A stretch of DNA of 64,000 nt from Trichoplax adhaerens (taxonomy: Eukaryota > Animalia > Placozoa). The DNA lies in NCBI RefSeq assembly GCF_000150275.1, contig NW_002060961.1, positions 1,010,600-1,074,599 on the forward strand, written 5' to 3'. Position 1 is the first letter of the stretch. Each line of letters opens with the position of its first letter. Positions 24,201-38,152 of the stretch are shown in pieces. The translations under genes and the position numbers were made by a program. The notes under the pieces were generated by a model. That model made no database searches and was not told the origin of the DNA. It saw only the letters and a list, made by a program, of their open reading frames with translations.

Positions 24201-25566
24201 GATTTTTTTCATCGCTCAATTAGCAAGGTATCGGATATTTAAATATAGCATAATTGAGGTAATATCGTCTTAAACTATTATGAATGAAACTAGGAATGTT
24301 TTACTACGTGATAATTCTTACAGAATAAGCAAATTGCAACCATCTCATTACTTATTAAATATTATTTCATCAATCCTAGTTGTAGCACATAATTCAGTGC
24401 AATTATGAAAAGCTCTTATTGCACATTAAATAAGAAATATCCAACTTCTAACTAATACGTTATCACATTTTATTATTCGTGAATAGTTATGCAGATGAAT
24501 GTATACATATACATTAAATTAATCATTATTGCATTGCCAATTCTCCTTTCTTTCAATTTTAGACTGTTCGAAATGACTTCCTACAAAACGATAGAGCAAC
24601 TGTTAATAGCTATCGGAAAATGTTAATTGAGTACTTTGAAAATAGTTGTTCCGATCTTGAACGTATATGTCTAGAATTGCCTTATCAATTATTTGAAATT
24701 GGCGAGAAAAAAAAATTAATTGAGTTTATACGCGGTAAAAGGTCTGTTCATATGCCACAGCATCAAAAGCAATCGTATTTAAGGGTGAGACTTACTCGAT
24801 AGCTTAAAATATTTGATGATAATTACGTATAGTTTCATATTTAAAATGGTGTAACTGAGAATAATTAGTTAATTGATAAAAATTAATTAAAGACTTTGGT
24901 AGTTAAGAGAATTACTTATCTACTGATCCAGCAATTAAATGCACCAGCTTAGCTTGGCTAAGTAGTAATACAATACATAATTTAGTAGCAAAAGGCAAAG
25001 ATAAATGCTATAGTTTCGCGCTTAATTACCCGAGATGCAAATGCTAGATACATCTCTTATATCGAAATAGAGATTGCCATATTAATGTTAAGATATACTA
25101 TGATCATGATTAATTTTAATGCCATTTTCCATAATATTAAATATAGAATTGTATAATACAATGTAGAAAATGTAAATTATTATCGTCAATAGTTTGAGGA
25201 TGGCACTTTCTACTGGATAATGTCTTTTCACTTTTATTTTCTTAGCGACTCCGATGTCAAAATTTTTGCTTCAAGAAAGAAAAGCAAGCAGTAATTTGTC
25301 ATATGTGCCAGTATAAAACCAATGGCCTTGGTCAAGGTCCATTTTTAAATCGTGATGCTTGTATAATCTGCGGTGGATTTGTATCATCTCAAAAATCACC
25401 AGTTTACTATTGCATGAGACATAATCCCCATCCGTTACCTCATTGGAATAAATGTGCTATTTGCTCAAAGCAAGTTCAAACAAATACGCCTGGTATGAAA
25501 CCAGTCGATGCTAAAGTTTGTATGATGTGCTATGGAAATGGTTCAATGTGTGCAACCATAGGCTAA
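18283..25566 (+). CDS. DUF4062 + NACHT-type STAND NTPase (TEP1/NWD-like core) with a long disordered N-terminus and a C-terminal Cys-rich, PHF5-like domain
   Basis: About 14 GT-AG exons (18283-19458, 19893-20077, 20461-20689, 20787-20885, 20968-21079, 21959-22197 ... 24563-24784, 25246-25566). DUF4062 motif IRIFVSSTFSDYHSEREVLVKKVFPEL...DLRWGV...CLEEIDRC...PFFINMLGDRYGW. Walker A GASGMGKS, Walker B FVLIFDALNQL, and NPLWLALACEELRVFG. Confidence 0.9.
19525..19710. repeat. Tandem repeat ~75 bp x2.5 in intron 1 of the NACHT gene
   Basis: tta(t/c)aatttgaa(a/g)caatgtttcaa...aatatatcattgatt(a/g)cctcc repeated. Confidence 0.75.
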
Positions 25567-26914
25567 CAAAGTTAGAGATTGTCCGCCAGACAATGGCTTA
25601 ACACTGCTATAGTTTAAATTTAGCTGTGCATGTATATAGATATACTTATATATATATATATGGTATGCCTAGAGCAGGTACTATCGTAAATTCATAAGTA
25701 CGCTATTTAAAATATGTTAACGATAAATAATAATTATACTATCTTATAAAAAGCTAGAAATTTCATAGCTTACTGTCATAGAATTGATAATAGCAAACAT
25801 ACACAACTAAAATTTTTCTTGTTAATCAGCTGCGTATAAAATTTTTATGGATATGAAATAATCAATTCTTAGTAGGCATAAGTTTGTAAATAGCTCACCT
25901 GCTCGAAGTACTTCGTGATTACTGTTAATAATCAACTTTCTCGCTTTTCTTATTGAATTATTTTATCGAAAAGAGACAGATATGTCCGAAACAATGGAGT
26001 GTCAGGGTTAAGTATATTAGCTTAGGCATGATACTGTAGTGAACGTAAACGTTTACTGCTAGGTATCATGATCGATTATTGCCAAGAATTTCTAAATAAG
26101 TTATTTAAATAAAACATTATTCGCGTTGTTTGAAGAATCTGTATTAACGGGTTATGTTTGTATAGCTAAGGAAAAGTTAGAGCTTTTTTCATGCTACAGA
26201 AAATATCGTCTCAATTTGCGAAATGAAATAAAAACGACTTTACCAAGGTTATTTATCGAAGCAGTTTTACATGCCAAATTTAAATGTTTGATGTTTCTAT
26301 GCGTAACTGTGGTCAATCACTATTGCTAGAATAATACAACGGCACCTATGCACATTGTGTGCAGTAATATGGATAAACTACAATGTAGCAATTGTATTCG
26401 AAGCTAATTCGTATAGTTAGCCGAAATGCAGACAGCGCAACATATGCCAAAAATTTAGGACATTTTTTCTTATTCAACTCGTATACTCGTATACGAAGAC
26501 GTATAATTTAACAAAAATAAGAATGTGAGCAGCTAGTAGAAATTTTTGCAAATTTATTAATCATCGTTTAATTTTTGATACACTAGTAACTAAAATGCAA
26601 ATTTTAGGAACCAGTAAAATCTGAAAATAATATTTATATTCAACATAGCTAATATAAGGAAAGTAAGCGAAAATATTCGATTTCTCGAGAAATGATAAAC
26701 CGATTCGAATCAGGAGTAACATGATCATAAGACCGGAACATATTACCCCAGTTTTTATAATACTTACACATACATACAAGTAAATTTCACAATTAACGTA
26801 TGCAACTTTTACATTTAAATCGAAACAAGATAATGAAAAAATTGTAGCAGATATAGAATGAAAGGTTAAACTTCTCCGATACAATTTTTAAATCTATATA
26901 ACAGAAATACTTTG

Positions 26915-29900
26915 TCATGACTGATTAGACGTAGCATCCACAACCGAAATAGTATAGCAAAGAGGATCTGCTACACTGGATGGCAAAACACGGATTTGGC
27001 AAGCTCTGCTACAATTACACACTTCTCCGGGCTTAAAAGATCTTACTATGGTATTATTAGCTAACTCCGGAATATTACTTGAAGCTTGACGTTGTAAATG
27101 CTGCTTTTGTCTTTCTACATAATTTAAACCACTATAACTGATAGAACTTTTCAACTTTGAAGAAGCTTCCGGTTCAATGCTTTCTCTTGATGAAACTGAA
27201 TCGACTAAGACTGTTCTGTGATCAGATAATGGATAAAATTCGAATTCTTCACTAGAACTCAGATTGATCTCATTCAAAGAGTTGTGTGCTGTAAGTTTAT
27301 TTCTAGGATTACTGCTTTCGGCTATACGTGCATCATTATTCTCTGAACCGCTAGCTTCTATCATTTCTTGAATTGACAAAAAGGATGAGTTTGGAGTTAA
27401 GCTGGAAGATAATTTTGGATCCGGCTGTACTGCATTGACGGTTTCAGTTGTAGTTAGGCCTTGATTGCTAACAGATTTTTCTAACGATTCTGAATGAGTG
27501 CTTTTCTGACGTAAATACTGTATATAGTTTGGATTATATTTGCACAATTTAACAAATGGCATCGGAAGATTACCACTAACTAAGGGAACAACCATTACAG
27601 ATACAGAAACAGTGGCACCAGGAACTTGTGGTATCGTGACTATTCCACAATTTCGCCCGCACACTATCCAAGATGAAGTATTTACTTGGATTGAATATAA
27701 CAGGTGATAATGATCTATTGGGGATTCAGAATTTATCGTACTATTATCATTAGCATGTTTCTTTCTCGTATCTTTGATTTCAATCTGTAAATTGCACGGC
27801 AAACCAACAACAATGGAATCACAATTTGTATCCGGATGGATAAAACTGTTAATGGTATATAACATCTACCACCAAAATAAATCGGATATTAGAACAATAG
27901 ACATTCATACAATAATAATACAAGATTCTTTCTATTACCTGCACGTTGGCTAAACTTAACCTATATATAAATTGAAATGGTTCGACGTTCCTATTAGCTT
28001 CACTCTGTATGAAAATTGCATAATAATTAGTAGAGCCCTATGTAATATCAATTCTAACGTGAAGTAGGATGGTCACCTTTTCATCTACCATACTATAGTC
28101 AACAAGTAGCGTACATATCTGCTGCAGTTTCTCATTCGATAGCTCTAATGACTCTGTGTCTTTTAAGAGAAACAATAGAGTTTGCCAACATTAAATTTAT
28201 TGTGCGTTAACGACTTAAAATTAAACAGAACAGGAATATATTCTTAGATACTATATTACCATTATTGTTATACGTAACTTGCCAAAGCAGCGAAAGGGTT
28301 TGATTTGGATGCAATTTCTATACATCATAAACAATATAAAGGTTAAAAACCCTACAAGACAAAGAATCGAATTTGCTCTGACTTTCCAGTTACTCACAAT
28401 ATTGCCTGATTTCTTAACCGGAATTAAGTTGATTAATGTTGCATTATCGCCTCCGCTCGCTATTGAATTTGCTTTTAAACTAGCTTCTTCTATATTTATA
28501 ATTGTCGGCAATACTGCTTGTAATATGATATGAACAAAATTTCTAAATAGATGGGAAGGCAAAGAGACCGTTAAAGCATAGACTGTAATGACGGTAAACC
28601 TGAAATAGAATGGGGAATATCTATACAAACCTGATGCCTGTCAGTTGCAGCTTTTGTTTCAAAATGAACGGTTCATAAAATATTAAGGTAATGATACAAC
28701 TATACGTTGGTGGTAACCAAAGGCAACGAAGGAACAACTACAAATATTTGGAACAGTATAAAAAAATTTAACTTGGTTCATTTTAGATTATGCAAGTCAA
28801 GACCTACTACCTGGTGTGAGTACTTTACCAGCGGATCATTATCAGCTGGTTTTCGATCAGTTTGAGTTCGACAAGATACTATAGACAAAGCTTGATGAGC
28901 TAAAAACTCCAAATCGAAGCTAATTTCTGCATAACTTTCGCAAGCAGGCAACGTTACTAATATTTCAAAGCTATCTTGCATTTCTTTGCTATTGATATCT
29001 AAATCTACGACCACGCTCTCATCTGTAATTGTAAATACAGGAATAATTTCGTATGCATAACTATTAGCCTTCAAACATTTTAGAAATGATGTATTCATAA
29101 TTTACAAATGGTCGCATCAATTGTTACTGAACACTACACTAATTACCAATTGGTTGATCGTGAAGACGTTTCTTAGCACTATATGAAGGCTTCGGAATGA
29201 ATTTTAAACCTGTGCTAGAACATAATTTCAGTTGTGAACCAGACGAAATTGCAGTAGAACCATTAATTAATTTCACGTTAGCGTTTTGCTTTGCACCGGC
29301 AATGAATAGTTCTACGAAAAATAAAATATAAATATTTCTAAATATTCATATACTAGTAATTCACTTTTCATTCAGGTATTTATACATAAGCATGATTTTA
29401 ACCTGATAATTGGCCGTGGCTGGATATATCGATCCTCGGAGGTATAAAGATAACGTTAAAACTGAATTTATCATCTTCAACTCGTGGATGGACTAAGGTC
29501 ATCTTTTTATTTATATTGAGACTAAAGGAACGAACTTGATATTCCCCATCTTTACCGATCTAAAGAGCAATGAACGCATTTGGAATTATATCTCGGTATC
29601 GGCTTACTTATGGGAATACTGTCTCGTGATAGGTTCAGAAATGAGCCGTGCATAGAAGCAATGAAAGACGTATACAAAAAACATTCAACACAATATATAC
29701 CTCTCCAGTTACAATAACTGAGTTGAGTCCTGGTCTTAAAATTGCCTGGTCGCATACCAGATGCTTAAAGTCACTATCATACGGCTTAATAATGCTGTTA
29801 CTGTTGTGCTCCGTATCTAGCATTTGAATTATTTGTCTAGTTTTCTTTGCATCTTGGTCGCTTGCGGTGGTATCCAAACTAGACGATTCCGAGTTGTTAA

Positions 29901-32900
29901 GGTTTTCGTCGCTAACTCGCAGAAAATTAAACATATCAACCGAAAAATCTGATCCTGATGAATGAAGCGAAACTTTATAGTGTAGCGCTGATAAACTACT
30001 GGTAGGAACAGATCGATGTAACTCTTCAGAATCATTGTTTTGTCGTTTTATAGCTAGACTAAGGGCATTGCATTTAATTTCCTATTTCAAACATATCGAA
30101 TATTGCAATTAAAAGTAAGAACAACGATATATCCACGAATAACATAGTCCTACACTATTACCTTGGAAGAATGATTAAAAACGTCAACACATACACGGAT
30201 ACTACCGAGTGATATTTTATCAGCGTGATCACTCATTAGTTTAATAGTTTTTACTTCCAATAAAGGCATCATCGGGAAGCACATTTCTTCATCTATAAGT
30301 AAATATATCGATTAATCGCTAAACGAATACAAAGGTAATGTAGTGTATTAACTTTATATTATTCAAGATAGTCACTAACCAATACCGTCTATGGAATGTT
30401 CCAAATGCGAAGAATATTCCAGTCGCTTTTGCTCACTAACATTACAATTCGAACTCAATATGATGCATGACAAAATAAATGTACATGGAAGTTAAGGCAT
30501 GAATAACGCATCAAAAATTTTCATAATAAAGCTTTAACTAAAGATAATCTTTACAATCAATGAGCTAAACGCGAATCTATCACAAAAATCTGACTAAATT
30601 TTCACTGAAAGAAAGTTATTTCGTCAAGCAATAGTTTTACTACGTTATACACTTGGTAAAGATATTGTTTTTCTTCCTGCAAGTACTTTTCACATTCAGC
30701 CAGGATCAATAAAACATCCTCTGCAAGCTTTTTCCAACCCTCTATAACGTAAGTATCAAATGCTTCACGTAGTAAGACTTCAGCGCGGTCATACATTTCG
30801 CATTGTCTATGAAATATCGTAAGCAAACATTAATACTGTTATTGCCATAGTTGTGTACGTGCATATAGAATCTAAACGTACATATAGAAATTAGCTAGCT
30901 CTTTCCCAATTTGTCTCGCTCTTCGTAGTCTACCGACGTGTTTAAAATTTTCTAACGTTTTACAACATAATTCCTAAAAATATATATATATATAAATACG
31001 AAGCCTAATTCTGTAATCATTACGGCATCTTTGAATATTGACAGAATATCACATTCTTACTATATAGTATTTTTGAAATTCCGACTTAGAGTTTAAAGCA
31101 TTGCGCAATTTGGAGTAGGGACTGTTCGGTTCTGTTATATACGTAAAAAATTTCTATATATTTATCTATAGAGATGCAGCAGACAAACATGAATATCGCA
31201 AGCAAACCGTTGCTCTCTACGGTTATTCCAGACAGCAATTCACAAGCACATTGGAGATGCTCCGACTGTTGTGTCATTTTCGGTATTAATCCGCACAGTT
31301 CACCTAGTACCAACAGCTGATATCGAATATACAGTTATAGGAATGTCAACTTGCCAAAATCATGCCATTGTGTAGCTCACTAGTATTGTACTTACTTTAC
31401 TTCGACTACAGGCCCACAAATTGCAGGTATGGACTAAAATGGAGCCATTGATCATAAATTTTGACTCAATTTTATGAAGTAAAGTCATGCTGGACAAAAA
31501 GACCCAGCAAGCGTGAGCGCCAGGTGAAAGTGTTGTCTAAAAATATATTTAATTTATCACTATTGAGTGTGGCCACTAAGAATGTAATTATTTAAAGTTT
31601 CATTACATAGCTGAAAATTATTACTCAATAGAATAAAAAAATTAACTAGGATATAGTAAGTATTGCATGATTGCAGGCTCTGCTTGCATACCTTAAGTAC
31701 CTCCAATTCGTAAGAGCAAGTGGACATAAAATTGAGTAAACTTTCTGCAGCTGTTGCTGGCTGATTAAGTCTGATAAGCAAATTACTTTGTCTGGAGAAT
31801 ATATAATTACGAAAGTCTAAAAATGTAACATTTCTTGAAGATATTAACTGAGCCTTGAAATCCTTGTCGTAATGCCATAGTACACCATTCCATGATTTAT
31901 ACTGATTTTCCAAATTATTAAACCATTTTATCGAATCTAAATGGAAGTATGACATTTAATATTAGATATAATTTTACAATTTCGAATTTAAAATATTCAA
32001 ACAAACGAGTTGTATCTTTATACCTTTATTTATTGCATCACTGATAAATTCACTTAGCAAGGCATCTAATTCGCGGTACTGAATTAAACATTCATCATCC
32101 AATCCCATCAATTCATATACAATGGCTAACTCTTCCTAGATAGGATTATAAATTACAAAATGTTTCAATCGTTAAATTACAGCTCCGCTAATGTGCGTTA
32201 GTATGTTGGCATACTTGTAATCTAAAGTAGGTACAATAGTTCCAATTTGCATCATTTCTTTTATTGCGTATCAATCGTAATTTTTCTTCAAACTGTATGA
32301 GATGAGTACTAAATGATATTAATAATAATCTCCTAAGTCTGTTCGTTAGGTAAGTCCAAGATTCTAATGAACGAGGCATTTTGCTCGTAGGATCTACCAA
32401 TTGGAAGCATCTATAGGATGCCAATTAATAAGGAATAGCTAAATTTAGCAGGCATAGAACATTTTAATTTAAATTAATTATAAGAGTATAAATAAAAAAA
32501 TGTAACCTATCCTGCTGCTTCGTGATGTTGAAATCATTTCTAATCTTATCGTACACAGATGATTTCGTCAGATTTAATTTTGACTTCATTCTCGAGCCAT
32601 CAGCACTAGTAATAAGGATAATGCACCAATCATTTACATCGTAGTTTTTCAGAGTTCTTAACCATTCACTTATTTGCAGTTTGTGCTTAGTTTTATAGGT
32701 ATCCAAATCCTGTAATATATAATTCGCTGCTTACAATCCTATCTTTTAGTTGAAGGCAGAAACATGCAGTACCACCTCATAAAATATAGACTATTAACAT
32801 GTAAAATAGTCTACACATATATTTAAAGTAGAGGTGAAAAATTTTATCACAGCGAATAACTCCAGATTACGAAGAGCTCTCAGATTTAAAGATATAGTTA

Positions 32901-34788
32901 AATGCTATAACTCGAATTAGTTTTCAATACTTGACGTAAAATAAGACAGAAGTTAGGATACTATCAACAGTATCTTACCGCACAGTCGGTAACGTAGATG
33001 TGGAAGAAAGGCACTTTATAGAGGCTGTATTTGGATTCGTCTTCAATCTTGAGTAAATTTTCATCAAAGACAGCAAAATCAACATTTATGGTGACATATT
33101 TCGGTGGAAAGTTGAGGGATCTGAAAAGATAATAATATGTGCGTTGTATCAGGATTATTAATGGTAGGGTAATTATATGGATCTAAATAAACTATACTGC
33201 GGTAATGTTTTAATGTAAGTAAGATACATCATATAAAAGTTATTAATATACATGCATAATGCAGTTGATGCTGCGAATAAACACAGATTAATGCCAGGGG
33301 CATTTACATTAAGTAGAAATATACATTTAACAGTAAAGGATATTTCCAATTTTTAGACTCAGTCTTAATGATTTGTATTAAAATTTGCATCTTTCTAAGC
33401 TGAGGTATACAGACATACAAAACATTTGAATATAAAAATATCGCAATATTAACTCGTCATAACAGTACCTTTGAAATTCAATTTCTTCATTTGGCAATCG
33501 AGAACAGAGATGACGATATAACAAGGTATATAGCTCTCGATCTCCAAGACCTAAAATAGTATATCGGTAAAAAAAACACATGTAATGATGGTAATATTCA
33601 TAGTATTTAAAACTCGTTTTAATAAATTTAATTCTATGTTGTAAGATTATTGAATGTCTACTATAACCTTGAAATGTTGATGATCCAATAATGTTGTAAC
33701 ACGTATAATACATGCTACTTCTGCATTATAAAAGCTCATATATCAAAACTACACTACATTAGTAAACAGGTATCGTTTGCCACGTAGCTCCATCCATATG
33801 CACTATACGAATATGTTGTGTTAAACTAGGTAGGGGCATTTTACATTAACTAACCTGAAAACATTAGAGTAATTGGCAAGGGTTTGAAGCGTAATCAAAA
33901 AGCCGAAATATCTTATTCTACTTTGAGTTTGTAACTACAAGGTCAAAATGATTAACTAATAACTCCACGAAATGAATGTGTAATGCAATGCAAGATAATG
34001 ATTTGACTGTGTTCAATTTCTACTTGTATACCATGCCGGGTTGGTTTTCTTGCTTATGATATCGCTAAGCGTGCTGAACTATGATGTATACTAGGCCAAG
34101 TGACTAGTCTACGATATTTTTTTGTCTGGTATAACCGACAGATTACCACAAGAAATCTAATGGAAAAGCATTCTACTGATATTCTTCTCCATAGTGTATA
34201 ACAGGGATAACCTAATTAGAATGATGGTGTTAAACGAATAATGCAACTTCCTTCGATGTTCTGCAAGACGTATTATTCTCTTAACTACACGACCAGTTAT
34301 GCAATATCATTTACCTTTTTGGCCTATATTGGATTTAATACTGTCCCATTATACTGTATTGAACTGCAACATGGATAGAATGCACAATGTGTTCTGAAAT
34401 ACTTGATTTCTTGCTTCATGATGTATACTTTAGCGTGAACTATGACGACGTCCAGTACAATTGATTACTTTAGAAAATTAAGTAATAAGCTAGTCGATTG
34501 CTTGTATAGCTGTAACACGTATAATGCATTTACTTCTCTATTATGCAAGATTTATTACGATTCTAAACTACACCAGCCAGCAATGTTTTCATGCTAGATA
34601 TATGATATAATCATTCTCCCTTGTCTATTTTGCTCATTCTTATCGCATTGTACATTTTCTACGGCATCGTCATCTTGTCTATCTTATAACACTTTCTCGA
34701 GCTACCTTAACTTACAAAATTAAAGTGATTAACAAACAAGTGTAAAATACTTAGGCGTACATGATACAATAGGCTTGCTTTCTGCCAT
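26915..34788 (-). CDS. TRAPPC10: Trafficking protein particle complex subunit 10 (Trs130)
   Basis: First coding exon 34788-34761 (MAESKPIVS) splices to CLGDRELY (33550-33469). Then PFFHIYVTDC-DLDTYK, SVYDKIRNDF, FEEKLRLIRNKRNDANWNYCTYFRLQEELAIVYELMGL, TFLDFRNYIFSRQ, and C-terminal VMVVPLVSGNLPMP. These match recalled TRAPPC10 motifs. Confidence 0.93.
30481..30665 (-). other. U12-type (minor spliceosome) AT-AC intron in TRAPPC10
   Basis: Minus strand 5' end ATATCTTT at 30665. Branch site CCTTAAC lies about 11 nt before the terminal AC at 30482-30481. Removing it joins EEKQ to FILSCIILSS in frame. Confidence 0.85.
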
Positions 34789-37700
34789 TCTTCAAGTGGT
34801 CCAGGAATTTGAATCTCGTTGTGGTGAAAAGGTTATCCTGGTAGGTGATAATTCGACCTTGAATCACAGTTGTAAAATTTACAATGGAATGAAACGTTTC
34901 TTTGCTCAAAGCCACCAATAGTATAATAAGTAGAAGACAGTGTTACTATTTTCTTGGTCGATTACCAGCTTTCAAGGACTAGAGAAGGAATAATCCTAAT
35001 TTTTTCAATAGCATGGATTGAACTTGTTTACCTAATGGCTGCAATGCTCGAGCTGACTGATCCGGTAGTTATGACAACAGCAGGAACACGACTGCACAGT
35101 TTAAGCAATGGAGAATGACAACGCCATGACTTGACAAGCAGCCAAGAATGATGATTAAGACAGCTACTTCTAATGATTTCAAGGATTAAAGGGAAGGAAT
35201 GACTATGCCATCTGGGAGAAATGGAATTAGTTATAGCTAAAAAGCTTTGGAAAGAATTTGCCAAGGATGCTATGCTGTACTGTAGCTCTTCGAAAGGTAG
35301 TAGTGGAGTAAAGAAAGCAATTGCAATTTCCTCATACTCTACGTCTACGACGTAGGTCATGTTTAGGCATAACTCCTACTAAAAATGGGCAGGGCAGCAG
35401 GCAGCCACCCGTGCGTTACATACAGTACATGGCACTGTATATGTACAATATATTGTACTGTAAAAAGGTTCCACTGTACTGTACACTGTACTGTACTGTA
35501 CAAGACGACTGTCTTCTTCTGGGTCACCTCCCATATTCCGTGTCCAATCGTCCTCTCCTGTCCACAGACAGTTGCTGTTGCTATGGCTATAGGTGGGCGT
35601 GGATACGGCATGCCTATGTTATGCTGTTGTGCTGAATTGCTAAAATAGAGAGTGTAGTGGTGATATTTTAAAAGTTGCCTATGGATCTCATACAGTACGT
35701 AAAAACAGCAAAGAATAGGTATAGTAAAAGAAGTTAATGATCTGATAAGAAAAATCCAAACTCATGTAGTTCCATAAGCCATATCGATACTATAGGATGC
35801 AAACTATGATTGGATGTCAATTTATACTTTTTATCCTACATTGAACGAGTTCTAGCTTTTAACCATGGAAAGTTAAGAAAAGGAAATAATCGTTATACAC
35901 ATTAAATCCAATCAAGACATTATGCAAATAAAATATTTCATAAACGATAGATTAAACCTATACATTGTCACTGTAAGTCAAATCTTAAAGGATTTAAATT
36001 ATGTCAAATTTGTGCAAATAACTGCACTAATCATTATTAAACGGGTACAGTTTCATTAGCAAGATTTAAAATTACAGATAATAATCAATTATTAATCGTA
36101 GACTTTTAAGATTCCCGATAATTACATTATGAAGAAATTATCTATAAAGCAAATAGTTAATCAGAAATTGATCATAATTGAACAATCAGTAATATTGAAT
36201 TTCTATTAGATGCATATTGTTATTGGCACAATCCACAACTAAAGTTTTCAGATAACTCTTTATCGTAAGAATTCGATGTTTACAGTTTCTAGCTTCAAGT
36301 ATGATGCATGATTGCATTTTATGGTATCAAGTACAATTATTGCGGTGGAGAGCTCGATAATTTAGTAAAGTTGAATTCGTAGGCTTCAAAGTTATAATTA
36401 ATACGATACACTGTTATTAAGAAAATAAGTTTATTATATTAATTTACGCTGTAAATGGCATATGGTACATAAAGTAAATAGGCAGCTATAACAATCATAA
36501 TTATAAAACCAACAAAGATATGAAACAAAAATGAACAATATTTCTACCCTTGGGGTAGAGCACGCATAGGAGAAAGACTGCAGAACTATAAATATCGTAT
36601 AGTATACCATAATTAGGCACAATTGCATGGTGTGATGGAGATTTATTTCATAGAAGTTCAATCTAGTTAAAACGTTAACTACTTTTGAACTGAACTAATA
36701 TAACAAGCAATCAGCAATCGGACTGCAAAAAAAGAACGTACCATATGCTATGATTGTGTATGCAATCAATCTTGTTAAAGCGCACTTGTTAAGTTATGCT
36801 GTTGCAAAAATATCACTGCACAACAATAATGCTGCAATATCGTGTTGTACCGTAAGCATGAGTATATGCTTATAAGCATAGATCTGTAATTTACCTTAGG
36901 TAGCAACATATCAAACAACATATTTAGCAGTATACTGGTACCTATAGTAACAAAAACGTAGGTAATATGTCATGCCATATCTAATGGTGCAATTTTTACT
37001 TTTACTACGTCGAAATATATCACTAGATAATTATAAATTTGATCTTGTTAAAACTCACTATATCTTGCTTGAATCGCATGAAAATAGCTATTAAGTCGTA
37101 GTAAGAAACTACCATCTCCAATGACCTAATAAATGCTTAAGTAATAAGTCACACTATATGTGGCATTTTTACTAGATCTGTTACCGTAAAATATATCAGT
37201 AGTTTATAAAAAGCTGGACTTTATTAAAACGCACTGTTTTGCTTGAGTTATATAAAAATGGCTTTCAGGTTGTAGTTATAAAACTAGTGTCTCAAACAAC
37301 GTTGATTAATATATTCAATTCTATCCTATTACTCTCAGTATAGCGATGCGTAAAATTTGGCGTTCGACTAATGTTTTTAATAATATTTCATAACGTTGTA
37401 ATAAAGTGTCTTCTCCATAGTACAACAAGAACTGCTGTTTCTTATAAACTTCACTTTATTAAATAAGATTAGGTTTGTCTTATAACTACCAAGGATTATC
37501 TAGCTGCAATACGGCTATCTCTAGACTTTCTTAATTAATACGGCAATTTTCACGATTTATATACAATTAGTTACGTAATGATTTTCCTTCAATGCAATCA
37601 TATCTTAACAAATATGTCATAAGGTCATATCTAAATTTGCTATCGTGTTATCAATGCATAATTTACGCTCTTAATTAAAGCGATACAATACAAATCTCAA

Positions 37701-38102
37701 AGTACTAACTTACTTAGCGCAGTCTGTTATCATATCAGAACTAGTAGACCCCTCACTCGTAACACGCAATATATTGTACATGCACAATTTCCTGACTGAG
37801 CATTATACTGTATATACACAAAATGGTTCACCTGCAATTTACAACTTCATAAATTAATTAAACCAAATTAAATTTTCAATGTTGCTTTCTGTAGTCTTAA
37901 CTTAACAGATAAAGTACTATAAATTCTCGATTAAATAATATAATTTTATGATTTTCGTACGGTATATAACGATACTATAGCAACGTGATGACCTGTAAGA
38001 AACGCGTAGTGCGTACTTTTCTCTCCTTTTGGGGGGGGGGGGGGGGAAAGTGGAAAGGGGAAAGGGGGAAAAATGGTAATATAAGGATCTCAAAAAAATT
38101 GC

Positions 38103-38152
38103 NNNNNNNNNNNNNNNNNNNNNNNNNNNNNNNNNNNNNNNNNNNNNNNNNN
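38103..38152. other. Assembly gap (50 N)
   Basis: Run of n, preceded by low-quality-looking poly-G. Confidence 1.

Noticed and set aside
35028-35648. Four overlapping ORFs upstream of TRAPPC10
   Set aside because: No recognisable domain; they overlap the TACAG-rich promoter/5' region, and the true TRAPPC10 start is at 34788.
38030-38102. Poly-G / G-quadruplex-like tract
   Set aside because: Directly abuts the N gap and is most likely low-quality read-end sequence.
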